A program made the position numbers and the translations under genes. DNA of 36,239 bases, taken from positions 1 to 36,239 of the forward strand of contig CABZJG010000001.1 of NCBI GenBank assembly GCA_902525995.1. The letters are read 5' to 3'. Below the pieces are notes generated by a model that saw only the letters and a list, made by a program, of their open reading frames with translations, was not told where the DNA came from and ran no database searches. Shown here piece by piece: positions 17,996 through 25,895 of the stretch. The DNA is from Paracoccaceae bacterium. GTDB lineage: Bacteria > Pseudomonadota > Alphaproteobacteria > Rhodobacterales > Rhodobacteraceae. Position 1 is the stretch's first letter, and every line of letters begins with the position of its first letter.

Positions 17996-18440
17996 GTTCG
18001 TAAAGCTGGTTCATCGCGTTGCCGAGCTAGAGCGCCGCGCCAAGGGCAATTTTCGGCAAGGCACCGTGGCGGAGGTCGATCCCGCAGCCGGAACGGTCCG
18101 TTTGAAGCTGGGGGCTGGGGAGCAAGGCGATTTTTTGTCGGCCCCGATCCCCTACGCCCAAACGGCCGGGGCCGTGAAGTTTCACAACCCGCCGAGCGTC
18201 GGGCAACAGATGATGGCAATGTCTCCCAACGGAGATTTGCGCCAAGCGGTGGCAATGCCTCTCGGCTTTTCCGACGAGAATGCGAGCCCCAGCGGTGCCG
18301 GGGATCAGCACAAAATGACTTTTGGGTCTGTCACGGTCACGATGGCGGGCGACTCTCTCGTCATTCAAGTCGGAGCCAGCACGGTAACAATCGCGGCCGG
18401 TTCGGTCTCGATCAACAGCCCGAGGATTGATCTGAACTGA
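17982..18440 (+). CDS. Baseplate assembly / spike protein, P2 gpV-like
   Basis: RQGTVAEVD...PPSVGQQ...PNGD OB-fold pattern and short beta-helix C-terminus. Confidence 0.88.
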   Translation: MMSNEFVKLVHRVAELERRAKGNFRQGTVAEVDPAAGTVRLKLGAGEQGDFLSAPIPYAQTAGAVKFHNPPSVGQQMMAMSPNGDLRQAVAMPLGFSDENASPSGAGDQHKMTFGSVTVTMAGDSLVIQVGASTVTIAAGSVSINSPRIDLN

Positions 18441-18733
18441 TGCCCCCAGTCACGAGAAAAGGGGACGCTTGCACCGGCCACGGATGTTGGCCTCCGCGTC
18501 CCAGCACAGCCGGTTCCGGCGACGTATTTGTGAACGGCATCCCCGTTCATAGACAGGGAAATGCTTGGGGGGCCCATACGTGCCCTGCGATCCCAGAAAC
18601 CCACGCAAGCGCCTTGGCCTCCGGCTCGGGCACGGTTTACGCGAACGGCAAACAAGTCGGTCGGGTGGGCGATCCCGTCGCCTGTGGGTCAAGTGTTGCC
18701 GCAGGCAGCGGCAACGTATTTGCGGGCGGATAG
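18440..18733 (+). CDS. PAAR-repeat spike tip protein (T4 gp5.4-like)
   Basis: RKGDACTGH, GSGDVFVNG, GSGTVYANG..RVGD..CG..GSGNVF. Confidence 0.93.
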   Translation: MPPVTRKGDACTGHGCWPPRPSTAGSGDVFVNGIPVHRQGNAWGAHTCPAIPETHASALASGSGTVYANGKQVGRVGDPVACGSSVAAGSGNVFAGG

Positions 18734-18759
18734 CTCGCCAGAAACAGGAGACCGCCGTC

Positions 18760-19188
18760 ATGGCCAAACAAACACTTGAGGCCGCGTTGCTCGCGCGGCG
18801 TAGCGATCCACGGGCTCTGCGCGGGGCTATCACCATCGTGAAAGGCAAGCCCCGGATCGTTTTCGGCGTTGTCGGAGAGCATGGGCGCTTTTCGGTCGAC
18901 GTGAAGGGCAACAAAATGACCCTTTGCGATGATCCTTGCGCCGAGGCCCCAGAGCTAGCCGAGGACGACGCGGCCGACGAGCAAGAGCCCGAAACCGGCT
19001 CCGAGGAAGCCGACGCCGCGTCAGACGAGGCCGGTGACGACCCTGAGGGCGGAGGCGAGCCAGAGGCGGCCGCAGAGGCCGAGGTCGAGGCCAGTGTCGA
19101 CGCCGAGGCCCCAGAGGGCGAGGATCGCCCCCTGACCGCCGCAGAAAAGAAGGCCAAGCGGAAAGCCGCGCGGCAACAGAACCGCTAA
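18760..19188 (+). CDS. Hypothetical protein with long acidic low-complexity tract and basic C-terminus
   Basis: ATG 18760 behind aggag; 142 aa; fills the gap between PAAR and gp25 genes. Confidence 0.7.
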   Translation: MAKQTLEAALLARRSDPRALRGAITIVKGKPRIVFGVVGEHGRFSVDVKGNKMTLCDDPCAEAPELAEDDAADEQEPETGSEEADAASDEAGDDPEGGGEPEAAAEAEVEASVDAEAPEGEDRPLTAAEKKAKRKAARQQNR

Positions 19189-19200
19189 GGGGAATGAGCC

Positions 19201-19617
19201 ATGACAGGATCGGTTGGGATTGATGCCCTTAACGTCGATTTCGACCGATCCTCGGGCGAAACCCTCGTGGGCTGGCCTGCGGTTGCGCAGAATATCCGCG
19301 AGGGCCTTCTAACGGACTTCGGCACGCGCGTGATGCGTGAACATTTCGGGTCGCTTGTTCCTCGGGCGCTGGGTCGGAATGTGACGCCAGACACGATGCT
19401 TGCTCTGACCGCAAGCATTGCCGCTTTCCTCGACGTGTTCGAGCCACGCTTTCGCGTAACCAAAGCCAAGCCGACCAAGTTTGACCGGAGCGGTGTGGTT
19501 CAGATCGAAATTCAGGGCGAGTATCTACCCCGGGCCCTATTGGGTGACGAGACCGGCAACGGTCTGCAACAGGTCGTCGTGCAACTTGCGGGCGCTAAAT
19601 TTGAGGTGGTCACATGA
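19201..19617 (+). CDS. Baseplate wedge protein, P2 gpW / T4 gp25 family
   Basis: QNI...LLT.FGTRVMREHFGS...FEPR. Confidence 0.9.
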   Translation: MTGSVGIDALNVDFDRSSGETLVGWPAVAQNIREGLLTDFGTRVMREHFGSLVPRALGRNVTPDTMLALTASIAAFLDVFEPRFRVTKAKPTKFDRSGVVQIEIQGEYLPRALLGDETGNGLQQVVVQLAGAKFEVVT

Positions 19618-20507
19618 GTTCGATTGACCTTTCCCGGTATCCCGCCCCCGAGGTTCTTGAGGATCTGGGATATGAAGAAATCTTTGACGAGATCAAAGAG
19701 CATTTTCTGTCTCAGTTCCCGAAAAGCGAGGCGGAGGCAGCCGAGAAAGGCGTGCCGACCCGTGTAAAGGCCGCGCTCCTGATGGATGTCGAGGGCAATC
19801 TGGTCGTCAAAGCTCTGCAAGCCTACGCCTATCACGCGACCCAGATGCGGGCCCGTGTGAACGATGCTGCTAAGGCAACGATGCTGCCCTATGCAACTGG
19901 CACCGACCTCGACAATCTGGCGGCCTTCTACATGGTTGAACGCAAAGAGGGCGAGAGCGACACGGAACTCAGGGAGCGGTTGGTCCTTGCCGTCGACGGG
20001 TTCTCTACTGCCGGTCCGGTCGGGGCCTATAAGTTTCACGGCCTTTCGGCAGACGCGGATGTCAAAGACATCGGCGTTCAAAGTCCGACACCGGGCCAGG
20101 TTCTTATCACAGTGCTTTCGCGCTCGGGCAACGGGACCGCCACTCAGGCTTTGCTCGATATCGTTTATAGGGATTTAAACAATGAGGACGTGCGCCCCCT
20201 GACGGATCATGTCGTGGTTCAGGCGGCGACGGTCAATCACTATCAGATCGACGCGGACATCTGGTGTTACGGCAACGCGGACAGCACCATGGTCCGTGCG
20301 GACGCAGAGAAAGCTGCCCAAGCTTACGCTGACGCGATGCACCGCCTCGGCCATGACGTGACTATCTCGGGCCTTCACCGAGCGCTACAACAGTCCGGGG
20401 TTCAGCGCGTCGAGATCAATCAACCGTTGGCAAGTGTTGTGAATGACGCCCACGAAGCTTCGTTCTGCACCGCTGTCAAAGTCAGTTATGAGGGGATCGA
20501 TGTTTGA
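19614..20507 (+). CDS. Baseplate assembly protein J
   Basis: IDLSRYPAPEVLEDL, ESDTELRER, FSTAGPVGAY, DVRPLTD. Confidence 0.95.
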   Translation: MSSIDLSRYPAPEVLEDLGYEEIFDEIKEHFLSQFPKSEAEAAEKGVPTRVKAALLMDVEGNLVVKALQAYAYHATQMRARVNDAAKATMLPYATGTDLDNLAAFYMVERKEGESDTELRERLVLAVDGFSTAGPVGAYKFHGLSADADVKDIGVQSPTPGQVLITVLSRSGNGTATQALLDIVYRDLNNEDVRPLTDHVVVQAATVNHYQIDADIWCYGNADSTMVRADAEKAAQAYADAMHRLGHDVTISGLHRALQQSGVQRVEINQPLASVVNDAHEASFCTAVKVSYEGIDV

Positions 20508-21072
20508 TGGCGATATCGTGTCGGTCCTGCCCCGGCACTCTACCGAATTTGAGCTGGCACTAGAGCAAGCCTCTATGTGGTTAGCTCGAAATGGCGGGCC
20601 GGTAAATACGTGGAATCCTGAGACGTGTCCTCCTGAATTTTTGCAAGTTCTTTCTTGGGGGCTGTCGGGGGACTTTTGGGACGCCAACTGGGCCGAGGAT
20701 GACCAAAGGTCATATGTAAGGGCTACAATCGATGTTCACCGCAAAAAGGGAACGATTGGTGGAGTAAAGCTGGCCTTGAAATCTGCTGGCTACGGCGATG
20801 CCATAGTCTTAGAGCGCTACGGCTGGGATTTTCATGACGGTCAGCGGAGCCGGGATGGTTCTATTCGCCGTTACCCGCCGGATCATTGGGCTGAGTATCG
20901 CGTTATACTGGCCCGACCCATTACAATCGCTCAAGCCGATCAGGTTCGGGAAATTCTAGACGCGACCGCCCCCACTCGGTGTCGCCTCAAGGCGCTTGAT
21001 TTTGCTCAAGCGGCATATCTTTACAACGCCCGCCTCACTCGCGACGGGACTAGCACGAGAGGAATTGTCTAA
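20500..21072 (+). CDS. Tail protein I (P2 gpI-like)
   Basis: WNPETCP..FL..LSW, HRKKGT. Confidence 0.9.
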   Translation: MFDGDIVSVLPRHSTEFELALEQASMWLARNGGPVNTWNPETCPPEFLQVLSWGLSGDFWDANWAEDDQRSYVRATIDVHRKKGTIGGVKLALKSAGYGDAIVLERYGWDFHDGQRSRDGSIRRYPPDHWAEYRVILARPITIAQADQVREILDATAPTRCRLKALDFAQAAYLYNARLTRDGTSTRGIV

Positions 21073-21794
21073 TGGCAAATCTTCAAGAAAACGCTGTTTG
21101 GGAAACCGGCATCTATCAGCTTGAGCAAAATGATCCGGTCCTTGGTGGCCCTCCTGATCTTGCGCAAGAGCAGGGCTTTGACAATGTACCTCACCAACTG
21201 CTGGCCAACCGCACGGCATGGCTCAAGGTTCAGATAGAGAAACTAAAACAGACGCTCACCGATCTGACCAATGGTGCGCCCGATGCGTTGGACACGCTAA
21301 ACGAGTTGGCGGCTGCGCTCGGCGATGATCCGAATTTTGCGGCCACGGTACTGCAGCAACTTGCAACCTCTGGCGCACCGGCGGGGGCGGTAATGCCCTT
21401 TGCTTTCACCACACCGCCCACGGGTTGGTTGAAATGTAATGGTGCGGCTTTGAACCGTTCATCTTATCAAGAACTATTCAGCAAGATAGGCACCGCCTTT
21501 GGTGCTGGAAATGGCTCAACAACGTTCAATATTCCGGACATGCGCGGCGAGTTTTTGCGCGGTTGGGACAATGGGCGAGGCGTAGATGCAGGGCGCGTCT
21601 TTGGTTCTCAGCAAGGTGATCAAATAAGATCTCATAGGCACAACCTCTATGGAGACGGGGATTTTGATTGGACTTCCAACAATCGCTCAGGCGTAAGTGG
21701 AAATGGGAGCAGAGTTCAGGGACACAGCGCTTACTTTGGTGGCAATGAAACGCGACCACGCAATGTGAGCCTATTGTTTTGCATTAAGTATTGA
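21072..21794 (+). CDS. Short tail fibre protein with tail collar domain
   Basis: LANRTAWLK, APDALDTLNELAAALGDDPNFAAT, GWLKCNG...TFNIPDMRGEFLRGWDNGRGVD, ETRPRNV. Confidence 0.92.
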   Translation: MANLQENAVWETGIYQLEQNDPVLGGPPDLAQEQGFDNVPHQLLANRTAWLKVQIEKLKQTLTDLTNGAPDALDTLNELAAALGDDPNFAATVLQQLATSGAPAGAVMPFAFTTPPTGWLKCNGAALNRSSYQELFSKIGTAFGAGNGSTTFNIPDMRGEFLRGWDNGRGVDAGRVFGSQQGDQIRSHRHNLYGDGDFDWTSNNRSGVSGNGSRVQGHSAYFGGNETRPRNVSLLFCIKY

Positions 21795-21805
21795 GGAAGA
21801 ACGCC

Positions 21806-22510
21806 ATGACTGTGCTCTATCACTTTCATTCGATCACCGGTGAACACCTCGCCACCACGGAGGCGGACCTTGACCCCATCGACAAGGTCCCAATGGTGCC
21901 GGCTCATGCCACCCTCATGAAACCACCCCCCAAGCAAGCGGGCAAGGTAGCCTGTTTCGACGGCAAAGTTTGGGCGCTCAAATTGGATCAACGTGGTCAA
22001 TCCTATTGGACGCATGAGGGAGATCATGTGGAGATCACGGAGATCGGTATAAGTAAGCCAGAGGATGCCTTGGACGCTGCCCCGCCCACACCACGCAAGG
22101 ATCAACTGACGGATGCGCTCGCCCAAATCGATGCCGAACACGCCCGCTTTCTGCGAGATCTAACAGGTGGTGCCACCGCCGAGGAGCGTGACACATGGAA
22201 AGTAAAAGAGGAAGCGGCCCGCGCCATGATCGCAGGTACGGCCACCCAAGGCCAAACCACCATGATCACCTTTGAGGCTGATGGCGATGGCACTGATCCT
22301 ATGGTGCTGGCACAAACCATCCTCGCCAAGGCCGAAGCCTATCAAACCCTCATTGGCATGGCGGCGGGCCTCAAGGTAAAGGCTAAAGCGGCCATCATGG
22401 GAGCAACCAATGAGGCCGTGCTGCTCGATCAGGTAGAAACGCAGATCGAGGTTGTATTCACGCAGCTTGCCCAAGACATGCAGGCCGCCCTAGCTCAGCT
22501 ACAGGGGTAA
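21806..22510 (+). CDS. Tail fibre assembly/chaperone-like protein
   Basis: YHFHSITGE...PAHATLMKPP...W...DQRG N-terminus typical of Tfa proteins; follows the fibre gene. Confidence 0.75.
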   Translation: MTVLYHFHSITGEHLATTEADLDPIDKVPMVPAHATLMKPPPKQAGKVACFDGKVWALKLDQRGQSYWTHEGDHVEITEIGISKPEDALDAAPPTPRKDQLTDALAQIDAEHARFLRDLTGGATAEERDTWKVKEEAARAMIAGTATQGQTTMITFEADGDGTDPMVLAQTILAKAEAYQTLIGMAAGLKVKAKAAIMGATNEAVLLDQVETQIEVVFTQLAQDMQAALAQLQG

Positions 22511-22514
22511 AATC

Positions 22515-22753
22515 ATGCCCTGCCTCGCCTTTTACCGAGGGCAGCGCACAATCAGTCAGACTGGGACGCTTACCGCGCATATGTACCGGAACGCGCCAGC
22601 GCTTCCATTAAGTTCAGCGGCGATCAGCAGCACTGGTTCTATGGCGTCGGATAGCTGCGGTTTGCAATCACACTCCCATATTGGGGCTTTGGCTACAACG
22701 ACACCGACCACACAGGTACCGCGACCGCGTATGTCGCGCCGACCGACTTCTAA
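22515..22753 (+). pseudogene. Small phage ORF disrupted by a frameshift next to the ATG and an internal TAG
   Basis: The +2 frame reads ALPRLLPRAAHNQSDWDAYRAYVPER...WFYGVG*LRFAITLPYWGFGY...PTDF* and ends exactly at the next gene's RBS; TAG at 22652-22654. Confidence 0.5.
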
Positions 22754-22766
22754 GGAGGCCCTAACC

Positions 22767-23108
22767 ATGCCGAGATGGTGCGCCCGAGGCGGCTCAAGGG
22801 GGTGGGTTACGACCCGCCCTCTTTCGTGGTCCTTGGGTAAAAAAGGCAGTCCCCACATCTTGGAAATCCCTGAGGGGCGCGAGTTTGAAAGCAGTGTTCC
22901 TTGGTATCTCCACTGGGCGATGTCCCCGGACGATCCTCGTTTCTTGCTCTCGGCGTGTATCCACGACCATTTGCTTGAAGCCGATTATCGACCGTTCTTT
23001 GCGGTAGCCGAATGGTATGACGCCGCACGGTTTTCCAAGGTCAATAAATGGAATGCTTTGTTCCGTTCATTTTTCATTTTGGTGGTGACTATCGCGAACC
23101 GAAAGTAG
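22767..23108 (+). CDS. DUF1353-like protein
   Basis: IPEG..F..SVPW...SACIHDHL motif; ATG behind aaggagg. Confidence 0.75.
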   Translation: MPRWCARGGSRGWVTTRPLSWSLGKKGSPHILEIPEGREFESSVPWYLHWAMSPDDPRFLLSACIHDHLLEADYRPFFAVAEWYDAARFSKVNKWNALFRSFFILVVTIANRK

Positions 23109-23126
23109 GCGAAAGGAGACACTGGC

Positions 23127-23468
23127 ATGTATGAACACAAAGCAATCGTGACGAGCGTTTACGACGCCGACACAATCACCGCCAACATCGACTTAGGGTT
23201 CGGGATTTGGACCTTTAAGCAAAAGATCAGGCTATTCGGCATCGACGCCCCCGAATTGCATGGGGTCGAAAAGCCGGAGGGCACGATTTCACGGGACTAG
23301 CTCCGTGAAGGGATTTTGGGGAAAGAGATCGTCCTCAAAGCCCATCAACCCGGAACGGGCAAAGGCAAATATGGTCGTTGGCTTGGGGACGTTTTCGTTC
23401 TGGGCGAGACCGTCAGCCCCAACCAGCAGATGGTTGATTTGGGGCTCGAAGAGCCTGCGTCCTACTGA
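23127..23468 (+). pseudogene. Thermonuclease (SNase-like) gene with an in-frame stop
   Basis: VYDADTI..IDLGF...IRLFGIDAPE...SRD*LRE...GKYGRWLG...NQQMVDLGL; TAG at 23298-23300; RBS aaggag. Confidence 0.88.
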
Positions 23469-23512
23469 ACTGAAACCGCCCGCTTGCGGGCACATTGTAC
23501 GGAGTTTTGCAA

Positions 23513-24730
23513 ATGGCACAACCCACCTTTGGCCTGACTATCAAGCAGGCCGACAACGAACCGCGCTCCGCAGTGGCGGCGGACCTTTCCACGATTGGTC
23601 TGGTCGTCACGGCCCCGGGCGCAGACGTGAACGTTTACCCCCTGAATACGCCGGTTATGATTAACTCGGCGGACGATACGGCAGTCGACGCCCTCGGCAA
23701 TACCGGCACGATCAAGGATCAAATTGGCCTGATTAACGCCCAGCTTTCGGGTTTTGCAGCATCGGCCCGGATCATCATCGTCCGCGTCTCCGAGGGAGCC
23801 GACGACGACGCCACAATGGTCAACCTGATCGAAGGCATAGAGGCCCTTGAGGACGCAGAAAGCATCCTCGGCGTTGCCCCTCGCCTGATCGCGGTTCCGG
23901 GTTACACGCACCAACAGGACACGCCCGCAACGGCGAACCCGGTTGTGGCGGCCCTCCCCGGCACGCTTGAAAAGTTGGTCGGAATGGCGGTTATCACTGG
24001 CCCGCACGACAGCTTACAAGGCTACACCGACTGGCGTGAGACATTTTCGAGTGAGCGCCTGATCCCGGTCGAGACTTGGGTAAAGGTTGGCGTTGACGCG
24101 ACCGTCACAGACAGCGCCTGCGCGGTTCTGGGTATGATTGTCGCGCGCGACAGCAACAACAACGGCGTTCCATCCAAGTCGGCGGCCAACCGTCCGATGC
24201 AGGGTATCGTCGATGTAAACCGTCCGATCCCGTTCTCTACGGTCGATGGCAACACCGAGGGGCAGCAAATCCTTGCGCTTAACGGCGGGATCATCGTTCG
24301 CGGCGAGGCCGGTTCGGTCACGTCTCTGGGCACCGGAGGCTTTACCTTTGTGGGCACCGATACGGCGGCCGAGGACGACCTCTGGCGTTTCTACAACGTC
24401 AAGCGGATGCGCGATTACATCCACCTGCTGTTCTTGCGCACGCTTCGCATCTACCTCGGCCGGTTCAATCTGAACCAGCAGACTATCGAGGCGGTTTTGC
24501 AAACGATGACTTTGGCGCTGCGCGACCTTGAAGCGGATGGCGACATCCTCGGGTTTAAGATCGGGTTCGAGGCGGCAAAGAACGGCATCGGCAATCTGCG
24601 GCAAGGCAATTTCTCGCTTTACTTCAAGGCCGAGGAACCGCCTGTCCTGCGCCGGTTGGACATCGAGTCCTACCGCTACGCACCTGCGCTTGACGCGATG
24701 CTGGAAAACCTTCTGGCGTCCGCAGCTTAA
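23513..24730 (+). CDS. Contractile tail sheath protein (P2 FI-like)
   Basis: PRLIAVPG, SAAN, WRFYNVKRMRDYI, EEPPVLRRL. Confidence 0.93.
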   Translation: MAQPTFGLTIKQADNEPRSAVAADLSTIGLVVTAPGADVNVYPLNTPVMINSADDTAVDALGNTGTIKDQIGLINAQLSGFAASARIIIVRVSEGADDDATMVNLIEGIEALEDAESILGVAPRLIAVPGYTHQQDTPATANPVVAALPGTLEKLVGMAVITGPHDSLQGYTDWRETFSSERLIPVETWVKVGVDATVTDSACAVLGMIVARDSNNNGVPSKSAANRPMQGIVDVNRPIPFSTVDGNTEGQQILALNGGIIVRGEAGSVTSLGTGGFTFVGTDTAAEDDLWRFYNVKRMRDYIHLLFLRTLRIYLGRFNLNQQTIEAVLQTMTLALRDLEADGDILGFKIGFEAAKNGIGNLRQGNFSLYFKAEEPPVLRRLDIESYRYAPALDAMLENLLASAA

Positions 24731-24786
24731 TCGGCTTCACGGGCGGGCCCCTTAGGGTCGCCCCCTCATTCTCAAGGAGAGAACCT

Positions 24787-25314
24787 ATGTCCACAATGTA
24801 TGTGACAGAAGCCGTAAACCTGTTTTGCGGCAACGACGACTCCACAGCGTCGAAGCATCTGACGATTGCCGAACTCAAATTGCCAGACATGACCGAGATG
24901 TTCGCGGATCACTCCCCGGGCGGCGGCCGTGTCGGGATCGAGATCGGTGTCGGCATCGAAAAGCTGGGCGCTACGTTCAAGCTGAACGGGGACGACCCGC
25001 AACTCTTGACCCAGTTCGGCTTGGGCACGCGCGTATCCAATAACTACACGGGCTATGGCTCGATCTTGGACAAGCGCACCGGCCGTTCGATCCAACTCAA
25101 GACGGTGATGGAAGGCCGCCTCGGCAAGATTGCGCCTGATGCTTTCCAGCGCGGCGAGTTGAAAGGACACGAGTATGCGATCAACAGCATCATGCACTAC
25201 GAACTGTTTTTCGATGGGAAAGAGAAATTCTATTTCGACTTTTTCACAAATGCGTGGCGCGTCGATGGTGTCGACCAAAACGCCGACCTGAACCGGAACA
25301 TCGGCCTCGGCTAA
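24787..25314 (+). CDS. Major tail tube protein (P2 FII-like)
   Basis: ELKLP...HSPGG...GIEKL...HYEL..DG...FDFFTN..RVDGVD; follows the sheath gene. Confidence 0.92.
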   Translation: MSTMYVTEAVNLFCGNDDSTASKHLTIAELKLPDMTEMFADHSPGGGRVGIEIGVGIEKLGATFKLNGDDPQLLTQFGLGTRVSNNYTGYGSILDKRTGRSIQLKTVMEGRLGKIAPDAFQRGELKGHEYAINSIMHYELFFDGKEKFYFDFFTNAWRVDGVDQNADLNRNIGLG

Positions 25315-25337
25315 AGCAAAGCCAGGTCTAAAATCAG

Positions 25338-25373
25338 AAGCCCCGGACGTTAATCGCCCGGGGCTTTTCCTTT
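25338..25373 (+). terminator. Probable intrinsic terminator after the tube gene
   Basis: aagccccgg...ccggggctt stem followed by ttcctttg. Confidence 0.65.
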
Positions 25374-25403
25374 GTCTCTGCCAACCTAGAAGGAGCCCCA
25401 GTT

Positions 25404-25772
25404 ATGAAATGGGAAACCAAAACTCACACACTGCTTTGCCCGATTGATTTTGAAACCGGAGAGGGCGACGACGCCACCACGGTCAAGATCGAAAAGGTCA
25501 AGCTGTCCACGCCAAAGGGCAAAGAGATGCGTCGAATTACTCGTTTGGTAGCTAAAGCTGAAGTCGATCCTCTTGAGTATTCTGAAATGGATATGATGAT
25601 TGATGCGATGCAGATCATGTCCGATGCCCCTGAGGGAGCCTTTGATGAAATGCATGCTTCCGACATTGTTTTGATGGCTAACCTTGCTGGCCCTTTTTTG
25701 GAGACAGTAATGGGCGGGGGCGCATTATCGGAGAAATTGCCCAGTGGTACTGCGACAACGAAAACCAGCTAA
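25404..25772 (+). CDS. Tail assembly chaperone (P2 gpE-like)
   Basis: TLLCPI...KVKLSTPKGKEMR...FDEMHASD; between tube and tape measure genes. Confidence 0.85.
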   Translation: MKWETKTHTLLCPIDFETGEGDDATTVKIEKVKLSTPKGKEMRRITRLVAKAEVDPLEYSEMDMMIDAMQIMSDAPEGAFDEMHASDIVLMANLAGPFLETVMGGGALSEKLPSGTATTKTS

Positions 25773-25894
25773 AAGCGGACCTTTGCCACTTCTTTGGCGT
25801 CCCGTGGGACGAGGTGCCCGAACTGGACATCTTAAAACTGCTCGAAATGAGCAAGCAGGCCGCGCGTCTTGCGGCAATCTACCGGGGGCGTTGA
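25694..25894 (+). other. Programmed -1 frameshift site and E'-like extension of the tail chaperone
   Basis: T-TTT-TTG at 25694-25700; the -1 frame is open to TGA 25892-25894 and encodes KADLCHFFGVPWDEVPELDILKLLEMSKQAARL. Confidence 0.85.
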
Positions 25895-25895
25895 A

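Noticed and set aside
21072-22510. Diversity-generating retroelement or invertible fibre cassette
   Set aside because: No reverse transcriptase, template/variable repeat pair, invertase or inverted fibre copy seen
22515-23108. Single 197-aa protein
   Set aside because: The strong RBS and ATG at 22767 start the DUF1353-like domain; the upstream part is the wrong frame of a broken gene
22652-23300. TAG reassignment or amber recoding (two TAGs at likely Trp positions)
   Set aside because: TAG acts as a normal stop for terL, PAAR, gpD-like and o-spanin genes, and no suppressor tRNA is visible; G>A mutation is simpler
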